Positions 1 through 13,323 of a stretch of 64,000 nt of DNA are shown in pieces. Made by a program: the position numbers and the translations under genes. Numbering within the stretch: the stretch's first letter is position 1; every line of letters starts with the position of its first letter. The notes under the pieces are model-generated. The model saw only the letters and a program-made list of their open reading frames with translations. It did no database searches and was not told where the DNA came from. This stretch comes from Octopus vulgaris (lineage: Eukaryota). Location: assembly GCA_951406725.2 (NCBI GenBank), contig OX597816.1, positions 118,048,001-118,112,000 on the forward strand. The letters are read 5' to 3'.

Positions 1-232
1 GAAGGGATTTGTGATTTGTCCTTTTTCCTACTTAAGACTTTGATTCTAGACGTTGCTTCCACTCCTGAAATTTCTTCTCTAGTTCTGGTAATGATTCTGG
101 TAGCTATAAGAACAAGTTCATCAGCATAGAGGAGCTCCTAGGGGCAGCCTGACTTAAATTCATCCGTTATTGCCTGAAGGACTACGATGAGCAAGAGGGG
201 GCTGAGGATTGATCCTTGGTGAACCCCTACTT
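1..232 (-). mobile_element. RTE-clade LINE reverse transcriptase fragment
   Basis: Minus strand encodes VGVHQGSILSPLLLIVVLQAITDEF...ELLYADELVLIA; same family as 16180-17140. Confidence 0.8.
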
Positions 233-427
233 GGAAAAATATATATATGTATATATTGCTTAGGCATAGCAATACTAATTACTTGGTGTTAGAATTCAGT
301 ATACACATGCTTCATGAAAAAAGGGTCACTTGAGTACAGAGCGAAATAAGAGATTACATAAATAACAGGGGAACAAGAAATTATGTATTGAACTTCATTG
401 GCTTACAAGTGTTTCTACCATAGATGC

Positions 428-690
428 AATGTGCTTATAGCCTTGTGCTTGTGTATCACCTTATATCTTTGTCAGAGCTTTAAAAATGAAGTGCAATCTT
501 TTTGCTTTCTCAGATAAAACTGCGCTTCATTTTTGAAGCTGTGCTAAAGTTATAAGGTGATACACAAGCACTGAACAATGAGTGCATTTTTTACATTTGA
601 CGGATATTTGTCCTCATCTTGTTTGTTGTTAACACAATGTTTTGGCTGATATACCCTCCAGCCTTCATTGGGTGTCTTGGGGAATAAAAC
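428..690. mobile_element. Penelope-like relic: about 160-bp hairpin (428-588) next to a decayed hammerhead (632-675, minus)
   Basis: Inverted arms gtgcttgtgtatcaccttata / tataaggtgatacacaagcac; minus strand reads acac-CCAATGA-a-ggctg..cagcc-AAAAC-ATT-gtgt. Confidence 0.55.
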
Positions 691-1299
691 TTAAACTTAA
701 TTAACCTATTAATATTTGTTTTTATATCTATCACCCCATTTTGGCCACCCCATTATTATCCTGTTTTCTTCAACTAGATCTTTCCACTGCCCCCAAGGGG
801 GCAGTAATGCCCACTTTGGGAACCACTGATATATATAATCCAACCCATGCCAGCATGGCAAGCTGACGTTAAATGATGATGATACATATGACATCTATTT
901 TCTTTCATTTTCCCCCATGTTTATTGAAATTTCAGTGTTCTTCAGTATAGTAATTTTATTTCATTGCATTGTGAGTTGATATTATTACTGCTTGTGCATT
1001 TTCATAACATTGTTATATTTATATTTCTATATTGCTATTGTATATCATCATTGTAAGTGTATTATATGTTGTTGTCATATGTGTTATTACTGTATTGTAT
1101 GGTATTTTCTACCACAATGAGACTGGCCTCTACTTTTCCAAGCTAGCTGTTCTCCCAATTCACACTTCTCTATTCCTATGTATCCTTTCTCCAACAAGCA
1201 TTGCACTAATCTCTGTGCCCATTCTTCTTTCTCCAGAACATTGGCCTTCTGGATTTTCTTCTTTGTAAATGTTTTTTCTATAGCCATAAACTAATGAGA

Positions 1300-1450
1300 A
1301 GGCATGGCTGTGTGGTTAAAAAGCTTGCTTCTCAAACATGTGGTCCTGGGTTCAGCCTCACCTTGGGCTAGTATCTTTTTCAATGACCCTGGGTCAGCCA
1401 AAGCCTCGTGAGTGGATTTGATTGACAATAGCTGAATGAAGCCTGTCATA
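1300..1450 (+). mobile_element. tRNA-head SINE family B fragment. Other copies near 6890-7225 (+), 31830-31975 (-), 34865-35220 (-), 38470-38650 (+), 39355-39660 (-), 57017-57375 (+), 61558-61905 (-)
   Basis: Recurrent motif chain ggctgtgtgg..aagcttgct..ggttcag..caccttgggcaagtgtcttct..aaagccttgtgagtggatttggtagacggaaactgaaagaagcc with A/B-box-like head. Confidence 0.75.
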
Positions 1451-2404
1451 TATTTGTTTTTACATTCGGTTATAAAAAAAACAATTTTACATTAATCTGA
1501 TGGGTTACTCTATACTTTTGTAGAGAATGTTGTTGACAGTGACTTTGAAGTTTCAGCCAGTTAAACCATTTGGTTTCTACTAGCCTTGTGATTTCTTTAT
1601 TCTTTGACCTTTACTTTAAAAAGATCCTCTTTTGGTTTCCAAAGATATTCTAGTATTCAAACAACTGAACTACTTATTAAATTATAGAGTAAGTAGATGA
1701 GTATTCCTCAGACCCTTGACCTTTAATGTAATCCTGAAGAAGAATCAGTATGATACAGTGACAAAGCTGGCTCTTTGAATTACAGTCCATTCAATGGGTT
1801 TCTATCCAGTTTCAGGCTACCACTGGCTCAGGAGTGAAATTTGCTTAGTAGGTGTAAACCCAGTTCCAAAATTTATTTTTACGCATGATGTCTTACTGTT
1901 TTTTTTTTATTTGGTTTTGTTCTGTGTTCTTTGAGAAGAAGTTTAACTTCAATCTACTTTTTACACATTGATTTCTAAACCTGAGAAAATTAGAGATGCA
2001 AATTTTGATTTTGCACTCCCCAAAATATTTTAGGCGGTACACCCCTTGTTCCCAGGCCCATGCTGGCTACCTAATTTCACCCATTAGGTTTGGGTAAACT
2101 CAATGCTCCATGGTGTCATATAGCAGGATCAAGATATTATTTTTAAGTATTATTGATAGCAGAGTGAGGTCATCCTAATAATCTGACCCATACCATCAAA
2201 GGAAAAGAACTGAAAGTGATCCTCTACTTGATCTTTAAACTTGGCAAGAAATAGCAGTCAAACATTTGTGTTTGTATCACTTAAAAAGAGGAATCCAAAG
2301 AAATCAGTAATGACTTTCAACAAAAACTGAATTTAATGATATAAAGTAAAATTACTCAACTTGGTCAGGGTTAATGTCTCTCTCACATTGGCATACCAAC
2401 CTAA

Positions 2405-2569
2405 CCCTTTATCAGATTACTCTGTCAAATATAATACTTATTAATTCATAGCTTTGAGATTTTGATGATGTAATTATTTAACATATTGTAACATAAGTGT
2501 GAGATCAGATTTGGTCAGTTTGAACATAAAATATTTTTGCTGGGTATGGCTGGTTTAAATGTTACAGGG
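2405..2569. mobile_element. piggyBac-derived MITE (second copy 50192-50385), related to the ends of the 10136-11699 element
   Basis: CCC...GGG ends with TTAA-like flanks; shared block cagatta.tctgtcaaat.taat. Confidence 0.7.
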
Positions 2570-5029
2570 TTAAGTCATTTTCTTTCATCATCATCACCAT
2601 CATATGTCCATTTTCCATGCTGGCATGGGTTGGATGGTTTGACAGTAGTTGGATGCCCTTCCTAACGCTAACCACTTTACAGAGTGTACTGGGTGCTTTT
2701 TATGTGGCACCAGCACCAGTGCTTTTTAACCTTATATAGTATTAAAATCATGCTCTTATAATATCCTCCTAAAACACTTTCATTCAGTGCTGCATTTTTA
2801 GAAGTGTGTTTAGAGAAATAATTGAGTTTTAACTATATTATTTAACCCTGGATCAACCCTGAGCATAAACGGTATTCTAGTCATGAACAATCCTGTCTTT
2901 TTGAGAGAAAATCTACAACAATAATATCTAATATGCCCTTTTAACACTGAGGGTATGATTGCGAAGAACTTGGCTACTTTTCCTAGTAGAGTGAATAATG
3001 TTGAAACTCTGTTGCCATGTGTTCCACACTATATTTCTTATACTTTTCACACAGTACAGTGTGGATTTATTGCTTCCTTGTTTATTCTATTATAGAATTT
3101 GGATTGTTTGTTGATAGTTTCTATTGTTTAGCTCAGCACCAACTGTGAATATGCAAACTTATAATCAAACACTCTTCAGTTATATTTGTCCTACAAGTTT
3201 GAGACTGAATTCACCTATGTTTCCTTTTAGACTAATGATTGTATTTTGAAAGAGACTTGGCTGTAGCGGTATTTGTGTTTGTGTTGGTAAAATTCTGAGG
3301 CTAGTAATAGTTATGTTTATGACAACAAATTTATTAACTCTTTTCTGACTATATTTCAAATGGAAAATATTCTCTGAGACATGTTTTTGACCACCATACC
3401 ACAAGTTTTTGAGGAAAAACTGAAATTGTCAGAATATTTAGAAAATTTAAGTGGTGCATCTATATGAATTTTAAACAGAATGCAACTAGACATCTACCTC
3501 TGTTTTAAAATAATATTAATAATTGCTTTTATGCAACAAAGTTAATTATCTTTATTCAGTGTACCATGAATGGGAAAGATAAAAAATCTCAGATCTATTA
3601 CTTTAAGAAATAAAGTTTGAAAATCAAAGATTTAGAAGGGTTTGACAAAACAACTCATTATTGAGTTGTGTTTCTAATATAGTTTATACAATTAGAATAA
3701 GTTTTAATTGCAATATGACAATTTGTGGTGGTGGGGCATTTGTCTCCTAGAATCAAAGGTGGTCTTAAGGAGCTTGATATTGGAAGGGTTAAAATATTAT
3801 TAAAAATTTTGATTTTGTATTGATATAATCAATAATTATCTTTTGTTAAATGACAGCCAATATTTATTTTATCTATCATTCCTTCTGTATACATATTTTT
3901 ACAAAAGAAAATGTCTAATTTTAATTTCCATTTTCTAAGAACACTAAATGGATCAGATTCTATTTCTGAAATTGTAGACGACCTTAAAGATGAGGGAGAG
4001 ACTGTTTAAATATATCTGTAGATAGTGATAACTGCTACTAGATTTGATGTACTGAAATGGACAGCCTGACCTGATTAGTATTATATTTAGTTAAATGGAA
4101 GATTTACTCATGTTCACCCCCACCACCACCCCTTTTCTCCATCTACCTTAGTCTGTAAATGAGTGACCTAAATTCCTGGTCACTAATATTGTTTGCTGTT
4201 TTGTGGCAATATCTTGTGACCCTGATGTGTACATAACATATAACAACAGACTCACAGATTCACTGTGACAACTTTTGTTGTGATTATTTCCGAACCCTGC
4301 TTTTGCAATTTTACTGATCATCATGGTATATTGAAAGACTTAAGACACCAAGCTTCCCACTAGCACTTGCTTTCCTTTCTTTCTATTAATTGTCAAGAAG
4401 GGAAGAAAATCTCTCTCTCAAGAGTTTTCCAGCAGAGGTAGATGCAGCTGCTCTCACCTCTACTACTGTTACTACTACTACTGCTGCTGCTACTGTTAGT
4501 CTTGCATCTGCTGCTGTTTAGCACTACTACTTAGCTGAACTGCTACCAGTGCCTGCCTTTGCATCAAGATTTTGGCTACCTGTTATTGGCTGCCTCTGCC
4601 TTGTTTTGTTGATGTATATTAACAAACAAGCATGTTCTATTATGGATGTAGGTACCCACAAATCTTTTACTCCTTTCTACCAATGTTATTAATTGTTTTT
4701 ACCTTCCCATCATGATTTTCTATTTCCAACCTTATTTTCAACTCATTGAGTTGCACTACACCTGCAAGTCAACGATTATAGTTTTCCTTTTTAAAACTTT
4801 TCTCTCATTCATTACTAATTTCTTTATAATGTCTGTATCTCAGAAATAGAATTTGATTTGTCTTTGTTTATTGCAAATGAAACTTCATTACAATCTGACA
4901 CATTGTGTCATTGATTTCCTTGAGCAGTTTTCAATTTTTTATTTTGTTTTGTGACAGCTGGATAAGATTAAAATTAAAATGTATGAAATGGTTGTCTCAG
5001 CTGTTTTTGTCTGTCTGTCTGTCTCTCTT

Positions 5030-5065
<36 letters not shown>

Positions 5066-8000
5066 GATGTTATTATTTAGCAATAACAGCTCTTTACTTT
5101 TAGTATCACAAGTAAGTGCTGGCAGATGTGAAAGCTTTAATTGAAAATCCCATATTGCATCGTATCAATTTAATTCTATTGATTACTAATAATGACTATT
5201 ATTTCATCACTTGGTAGCATCTTCAATGTTTTTAATGGTTTCAGAATTACTTCCAGAGAAGGAATTCCTAAATACAAATATTAAATTATTTCTTTAGTTT
5301 ATCTTTTAGTTTTTATTTTATTTTTCAACCTCCCAACTTTATTTTTAATAGATGAAATTAATGTATATATTATCTATATCCTAAGAAAATATCTAAATAA
5401 TATCTAAATTCTGACAAAAACTTGTGACCAAACTAAAGTTTAGGGGCTTGTAGATATTCAGCAGTCCCTCTCTTTTTCTGTTATTCTGTCAACCTATTTT
5501 TAGCTTTGTTGGTTCATTATATTCTTCTCATTTGATTCATATGATTTTCTAATTATAGATAGTAGTTTCAATATGTTGCAGAAATTGTCAAACAAAATTG
5601 CCTGTCTCTATCTAGTTTGCTTCTAACCTGTGTGATGTTTATTCACCTTTTGAAATTTAGGGCCCCTCAAAAAATAAAAAAATAAAATCCTTATCTAATC
5701 TTTTCATAGGGTTCAGTCTCAAGTTGCTCCAAATCCTTTCATTTTTCCCCATTTTATTTATTTATTTTATTCTTTATTGTAAGAAAAATGTTATTCTTTC
5801 AATGTTCTTGCTCTCCAAAAGAATAGTGGTAGAGTTTAATGTCAAAATTAGTCAAAAAATATGTTGTTGTTAATTATAAATATTCCTTTACTCTTATCTT
5901 CATGTATTTGATTAATGGCATCTTTTGCTATTTTTCACTATACACTTCCTTCTTCATGTCTGCGAATGTATGAAGGACCTGTAGCTTTATTGTGAATCAA
6001 TATAGCTCAGCCAGTCCATAGAAGACAATGAAAATTGAAAGAATTTCATATATGCATTTGTTACAGAAAACATTAAGACACCTTAGTTTTCATATCAGTC
6101 AAATCATTGTGAATATAAGATAAAAGAAAAAAAAAAGGATATGCATTTGATGTCTCCAGAATGTATAATAGTGACTTTAAGCAACCAACCTACATGAGGG
6201 GGGTGGAGTGGGAGAACAGTCTCATCCTGTTTAATCTAATGGTTTTCTTCACTGCTTCTCATCTCAACATATTTAGTAGATTTACATCTTTTTTTTTTTT
6301 CTTTTTAAACTTTGATTTATTTTGAGAGGACTAGTTAGCTTTAGCCTTTTTTAATATGAACTTTTCACATACTGGGAAGGAGACCAAATGTTTGTTTCCC
6401 TTGTCAATATACTTCTGTTTGATATTAGTGGTTTGACTGTTGAATTGCTTTTATCTCCAGTTTCTTTCAGGCTTGCAAACATAGAACAAATTTTTAAAAT
6501 CTATCTTAAAACCAGTTTGGCTTTGTGTATGTGTGTGTACATGCTGTTGTCTTATTTCTTCTGTCTTTGCTTTTCCTAACATATTTTGAGTTCATCTTGT
6601 ATAATAACTTTCTAATGTCCCTTAAATCTCCTATTAAGTTGAAAATGTCTAGCTGGTGATATTTGCTTTAACCATGTATATATAGACATTATATAAAGTC
6701 AATTTCCTCTAAGATTTTCTGAACTCTGTTGCACAAACTTCAATAATAAAAGGTCCATATTGGGGACATAGAAAAGCAACTTTTAACTTTTTTGTTTTTC
6801 TTAGAGAAATTTCCCAACAAACTTTTCTAACATCAATTAATAAATTGAGAAGAAATTTATTGCAAATGTCTGGTTATATTACAGAAATAGTAACTGTTGG
6901 GGTTAAAAATCTCACTTTGTGACTCCTATTGCATGGCACCTTGGGTAATTGTCTTCTACGATACAGACTGACCAGTGCTTTCTGAGTGAATTTGGTTGAC
7001 AGAAAATGTGTGAAAACTCGTGTGTGTATGTGTGTCGTTTTGCTTGTTTTTGTCCTACCCACCATTTGATAACCAATGTTTGTTCATTTACATCTCCATA
7101 ACTTAGCACTTTGGTAAGAGTGACCAAAAGAATAAATACTGGAGGCTAATTTGATCGACTAATCCCTTCTAAGCAGTACCCATTGTGACTACAGTTGATT
7201 GTTTGACATAAAGAAACGATAAAAGATCCATTAAGATTTAACGTTTGAGAAATTTGTTTCCAAGTTACCTGCCAGTTAAGAGCAATTATCAAATGCCAGT
7301 CAATAACTGATTGGCTAATCATCAATGTTTTTATCTCATGATTGCTCAATATCGAATCCTCTTTTCCTTGTGTCATCATCATCATCATCATTTAATGTTC
7401 ATTTTCCATGCTGGCATGAGGTGGACAGTTTGACAGGAGCTGGCCAACTGAAGAGCTGCCCAGGCTCCATGTCTGTTTTGGCACAGTTTCTACAGCTGGA
7501 TGTGTTTACATGGTAACAGTACAGGTGCTTTTTACATGGTACCAGCACCCATGAGCCTGCAAGATTAGGAATGCTCAGCTGGAGTGGGATGCAGGAGACA
7601 AGCTTGTATGCAAGGACAACCATGCTTTTACTTGGCTTGGCATGTTTTCTCAAACACAGCATACTGCTAGAAGTCTTGGTCCCCTATTAACTATTTAGAT
7701 GGCTCACCAGATGTACTTTACTATTTCTATTACCTAGTTAATCTAATTAGTGCTGGGGTTAGTTATATATGGAAACAAAATTAAGAAAGGGTTGCTAGAA
7801 GTTTTAGGGAGCTGTTACTGCTGTTTGTAACAAGCGTTTTACTCTATAAAAGGCAGACTATGAATCCTGTATAAAAAGAGCAATGTTGCATGGTAGCAAG
7901 ACATGAGTATTAAATGAAGACAATCTGTAAAAGCACAAGAGAAATGAGGTGAAAATTTTCCATTGAAAGGTGTAATTGATTTGTATAGAAGGTGGAGCAC

Positions 8001-8317
8001 CATTTAATTGGGAGAGATATCTTTTTTCTTTTTTTAATTGGTGTTGTATACAGGGGATTTGACTTGCTAGAATGATCAAATGATGTGAATGAATGAAGAG
8101 TATTGGATGAAAGGTTCTGCCAGCTGTTAACTGATGTCCCTTGTGAAAGAAGAAGACCTGTGAATAAGTGATAAGAGTTTTTGCTGTTGGTTTTACAGAC
8201 CAGTGGTGATGTGCTGTATGGTTGACTTGTCCAACCTGACATGATAAAGTAAATGTTTAAACATACAAGTACAGCAAAGAGTTACTTATTTCTCATTTTC
8301 CCTTATCAGAAATATTA

Positions 8318-8540
8318 CCCTTTTGCTACCATATTTCTGTTGAAATACACTGCTTTCGTTTCGGTTAATTTTCAAAATAACGAAGAATTTAGTAAAAATA
8401 ACATTGTCATTATTAAGCTGTGTTGTTGCAACATAAATTAACTTGGAATGCTGCTGGATGGTTTTAATTTAAATCACTGTAAAACAGAAAGTTGTATCTT
8501 AGAACTAGGGGTAATTTCAGTAGGGTTGGTATCAAAAGGG
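8318..8540. mobile_element. piggyBac-derived MITE, family 2 (TIR CCCTTTTG(C/A)TACC)
   Basis: cccttttgctacc ... ggtatcaaaaggg|ttaa; homologous to 22524-22951. Confidence 0.75.
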
Positions 8541-10135
8541 TTAATGAATAAATATTAAGCTTTATTAGTAATACAGATAATGTAAATTGGAGTGGATCTG
8601 GTCTTTAACTATAGCCCTGGGACAACCAAAGCCTTGTAAGTGGATTTGGTAGACAGAAACTGAAAGAAGCCCATTGAATATCGTTCATTTTTAATATTCT
8701 GCAGAAACATACCTGGCCACAGGGAAATATTATATCACTTGGAAACCAGTATGGATTGGCTACAGAAAAGGTATCCAGCCATAGAAAATGTGTCTGACTC
8801 ATGCAAGAATGGAAAATGGATTTTAAAACAATGATGATGAAAATAAATCAAATTCCACCTCACTGTAGGCAAATTGATTATAGAAAATGTAGTCAACTAA
8901 AAAGACAACCCAAACAAATGAAACCTGTTGCACTAAGGTCTCACCTGAATGTCTACCTCTGCAGAGAGAGTTGTTTAGAGTGGCTGGTATGTAACAGAAG
9001 AGTTTAGTTGGAAGGTGGAAACTGTGTATGCATGGGGAGAGAAAAAAAGGTAGAAGAAAGTCTGGAATCAGAGAAGTGATGTTGGAGACAGAGAAGAGTC
9101 TAGATGAACATGATGAGCAATCAGAGAATAGGGATGCAGAACAGGAGTGTTAAATTTCCATTGCTGTACCCACCTGTTGCCTTAGTTATTATTTTCAACC
9201 ACAGCTCATCTCTAATTGAGCTAAAATGTATCTGTAGCCCACTATGTATCTTTCCATGATGTACAATAACGTTAAGATGATAAGGGTGTTATTTGAAGGA
9301 ATTTAGTTGCTATTTCTAACTAATCAAGCAATTACATAGAGGTTTCCACATTGGTTCATTGCCTTGGTTATAAATGGTTTTGTCAGCCTTGGCTTGACAA
9401 TTTTCTACAGCTCATACTTCTTTCCCTCAAAACACCAACATACATGAAGTACTATATAACCTATCTGTAGAATGAACACGTGCAGTAGGAAGTTGCCAAA
9501 ATATATCCAGTACATATTAATTTAATATATTATGGTCTTTTGCTATTTAACATATTGATATTTCCATAAACGTCGAGGCAGTGAGCTTGCAGAATCATTA
9601 GCGTGCTAAGCAAAATGCTTAGCAGCATTTCATCCATCTTTACATTGTGGGTTTAAATTCTGCTGAAGTCAACTTGGCCTTTCATCCTTTCAGGGTCAAT
9701 AAAATATGTACCAGTTGCGTACTGGGGTTGATGTTATCAACCATCCCCCGAACTTGCTGGTCTTGTACCAAAGCTTTGAAATCAATATTTCCATAAACGT
9801 CATAGTTTCAAATGGAGTAAACCATTATTTATCTCTCCAAGATATGCAACAACATACTGTGCATTTTGTTAGGTTTGAATCTATGATACCGAAGTTAATA
9901 GACTTTCATTTATAGTTCAATGTAATATTGCTGTATTAACAGTTCAAGTCATTCCTTATATAGCAATTTAGTAATTTTGTCCAATATTTCACCACTCTGA
10001 AGGGAGAAGAGAGTTTTGTCATGCTTCCAGTATTGACAGTACCCATTCTCCTAAGACATGACAGTGACTAAAAGTTGCCTAATGAAAATAGAAGAAAAAT
10101 TATTTAGTCAAAACCATTTACTTATTACAGTTTAA

Positions 10136-11699
10136 CCCTTTAGTGTTCAGACTGGCTGAAAATAATTCCCCTTTATTTGTTTGAACCAGCCAAATCTGGC
10201 CATATCTGATTCCTCTAGGAAATCACTAAAAAAATAAACAAATCATATTACTGAATTCTTGTAGCTTTTATTCACCATGAAATTTTTTAGACTTTTTGGT
10301 TTTTACAATGTTTGAAGAGAAATATATTCCTTGGTTTTTAACCATATGGTGTCAGCAAGTAGTGATTCTAACTTCGAAGGTTTTACTCTTGATGATGTAC
10401 AAAATATAAATGAAAACAACAGTGATTTGTCTTTGGGCAAATCTGATATTGATATTTATGAAGCTTCATCAGACGAGGAAGATTTTAAATTATGAAAGTA
10501 ATGAAAACGATATTGAAAACATTATGGCAACATGGTTGAAGATTACTACATCAACCAGAATTCCCGATTTCACAGAAAAGACTAGTCCACAATAAAAGTC
10601 TACCTCTCGATACTCAACCATTGGACTATTTATTTTTATTTTTTACCGAAAAGTATTTTTTGAAACTGTTGCGGAGGAAACAAATAAATATGCTCAATGC
10701 ATAATTTCTATTCGTGGAAGACCTGATCCACTATGGCAGTCAACTGATACTGTGGAAATGTGAACTTTTTTTACTATAAACATTATGTTTGGTTTCAAAC
10801 AGCTTCCTCGACTGTGGAACTACTGGAGTCCTGATATAAGATATGGTGATCCATATATCTCCAGCGTTGTCTAGCTATAGTTACATATATTGTTTATGTA
10901 AAAAGCCACAAGGTCAGAAAATATTGACTTCCATAAAGTGGAAAAAATAAATGGAAGAAAAAAAAGTTTGCAGACTGTGTTTGCTGCAAAAAAGAAAAAC
11001 TGTGAAAGGATATCAGGTCGAGACCTCATATATGTGTTTATTTTGTATGTTCCTTTCATTTTATTACAAATATGTGAAAGTGAGAAATACATATTAATTT
11101 TCAGTATGTTACACACCTGTATTCACCTTTATCTCGCCTGTTAATGGGTTTTTTTTTATTAGATGCATTCTGTTATGTAAATGTATGCATTAAATTGTAT
11201 GAGTACATTGCCAATGGTATATAGTAAAAGAGTTTTGTACTTTATTTTTCAATGAAAATGTTTGAATGAAATATAGAGAAAGAATAAAATCTTGTACCAA
11301 TTATATCTGTATTTTAATCAATTCAAATTAATGTACCTCATCTTGAAAAGTGGCAAAATTGTTGATGGTTGACATCTGGGATAATTTTAGTAACAAATCA
11401 AGCAGGTAAGAAGCATAAAGAATTTCAATTTTAGTGTTTATCCATAATGTTATTGCTTTTAACCTGTTAATTAAATTTACCCACCCATAAAAGTCAAATT
11501 TAATCAGAAAGATCAACTAAAATTACGTAACTATGAACCTCTGGTACATAAGCACCCACTGACAATTTCAAATTTGTATGTAAAAAATTAATGAAGTTAC
11601 ATGCAAATATTATGGATGCCAGCTCTTGAACCTGAATAATTTAAAATAATGTGAACAAATATGCATTACATTTGACAGATTAATCTGAACATTAAAGGG
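10136..11699 (+). mobile_element. Internally deleted piggyBac (PGBD4-like) transposon
   Basis: TTAA flanks at 10132-10135 and 11700-11703; TIRs ccctttagtgttcaga / tctgaacattaaaggg; disrupted transposase from ATG 10346 (MVSASSDSNFEGF...PLDY...ETNKYAQ...LPRLWNYWS) jumping to a Cys-rich C-terminal remnant. Confidence 0.85.
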
Positions 11700-11859
11700 T
11701 TAATATCATTTTTCACCTTTTTGCTTTGTTTTATAGCTATTCTCTGTCTGTCTACATAATGACTGTTTTATCATCCATTTTCCTTGTTGGTATAAGTTTG
11801 ATGATCCAGCAGTACATCACCTTTCTATGCATCTCATTTATGTCAGTTGTGGCTTGGAT

Positions 11860-12360
11860 CATGTCTTAAAGTCTGGCTCTTCCACCTCAAACAATTAATG
11901 ATCCTCTACAAAGTTCTGCTTAGATCTCAAAAGGAGTATTGGTCCTACACCTGGGATTGTACTGCTGCTGCACACATATACATCCTAGACTGCATCAAGA
12001 AAAATACTACTGAAGTGATTGGCATAAAGTCACTCCAGCCTCTGGCCCACTGCTGTGCTGTTTCATTTCTAAACCTTTTCTACTCATATGGTTTCTGCTC
12101 CTTGGAGTTAGTTGCTTTTTTTGTCACTTTCACTTAGACATTCCTATCTTGTCTGTCTTCCTCTCCACTCCCATGTTGTGTTCAACCCCCAATAGGTTCC
12201 ACAATAACCGCTATACCCAATCTTTCCTCCTCAAAACATTAACCTGATGGATTTCCTTCTCTGATCATGTCTCTCATGCATCAGTCTCGTCAGCCTGTGA
12301 GGGCCTGCAAAGGCCTTAGACACTGATCTTTCCTCCACACTTGGCAAATATAAAAAAGAA
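11860..12360 (+). mobile_element. Decayed CR1/L2-group LINE 3' end
   Basis: Translation LYKVLLRSQKEYWSYTW...ILDCIKK...LQPLAH..AVSFLNLFYSYGFCSLEL resembles the LINE ORF2 C-terminus; A-rich tail. Confidence 0.6.
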
Positions 12361-12477
12361 AAAATAAGGTCTAAACCAATTACATCTTCCCAAATTTTCT
12401 GAATCCCTGTCTACTCTATGTATTCTTCCAACCCTAACTCAGCTTATTTTCAATTAACATGTATCTTTCCATACTAT

Positions 12478-12690
12478 CATCATCATCTAACGTCCGTTCT
12501 CCATGCTAGCATGGGTTGGACGGTTCGACTGGGGATCTGGGAAGCCAGAAGGCTGTACCAGGCTCCAGTCTTATCTGGCAATGTTTCTACAGCTGGATGC
12601 CCTTCCTAACGCCAACCACTCCATGAGTGTAGTGGGTGCTTTTTACGTGCCACCTGCACAGGTGCCAGGCGAGGCTAGCAACGGCCATGG
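12478..12690 (-). mobile_element. SINE-like family C ending in a (GAT)n tail. Other copies near 2587-2725, 7376-7680, 29335-29640, 48020-48500, 49513-49870, 59478-59820 (all -) and 58545-58680, 61170-61490 (+)
   Basis: Shared blocks catcatcat..tccatgctagcatgggttggacgg..tttctacagctggatgcccttcctaacgccaaccact..gtgggtgctttttacgtgccacc. Confidence 0.8.
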
Positions 12691-13125
12691 TATCTTCATA
12701 AAATTAGTGTTGTCTCTTCTGTATAAATTTCTCAAGACCTGTTTCATCCAGTTGCCTTCTTCAATCTCTTTCACTCAGCTTTTCTAATAAATTAACATGG
12801 TAATGCTAATTTATCATTACTCAGATTCCTTCTGTCCAGTTGAAGTCTCACTGCTATGAAACCTTTATATACATGCTTGATATAGTCTGTCCCTTATAAA
12901 ACAATCAAACATATCAGTAAGATTGTGTGAATAAAGACAAATGTGCACCTGGTAGACATGTTTGCAAACTACAACACACTATGTAGTGCTGATTTTATTT
13001 TTGTGCTTTTGAGTCTTACCTAATTTCAGAACTGCCTTTTTGTAATATCTATAACGATTGTAAGTTTGGGAATTGTTAATAAATTATAATTTAGTTATTT
13101 AATTTTTTTTCTTGATGTCTTTCAG

Positions 13126-13323
13126 CTAAGAAAGGTAAACAAGCTGCATCTGATGCAGTAAACCAAGGGATACCTCCTCAGGGCATACCTCCACAGAGCC
13201 TTGCTCCTGGCCAGTCACCTCAGCAAGCTCAACAGCAATCTCAGACCATGCAGGATCCAATAAATGCTTTGCAGAATTTAGCCATGCAGGGGACCACTTC
13301 TGCAATATGTCCTCAACAAGCTG
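13126..13323 (+). CDS. MED15: MED15 exon (phase 1-1): [18 protein letters not shown]...[25 protein letters not shown]
   Basis: tttcag| acceptor after a T-rich tract; G|GTAAGT donor; post-KIX DPxNALQxL motif. Confidence 0.92.

Noticed and set aside
1-13125. MED15 KIX-domain exons and promoter
   Set aside because: No exon with KIX-like translation or CpG-rich promoter was found; they probably lie upstream of the window.
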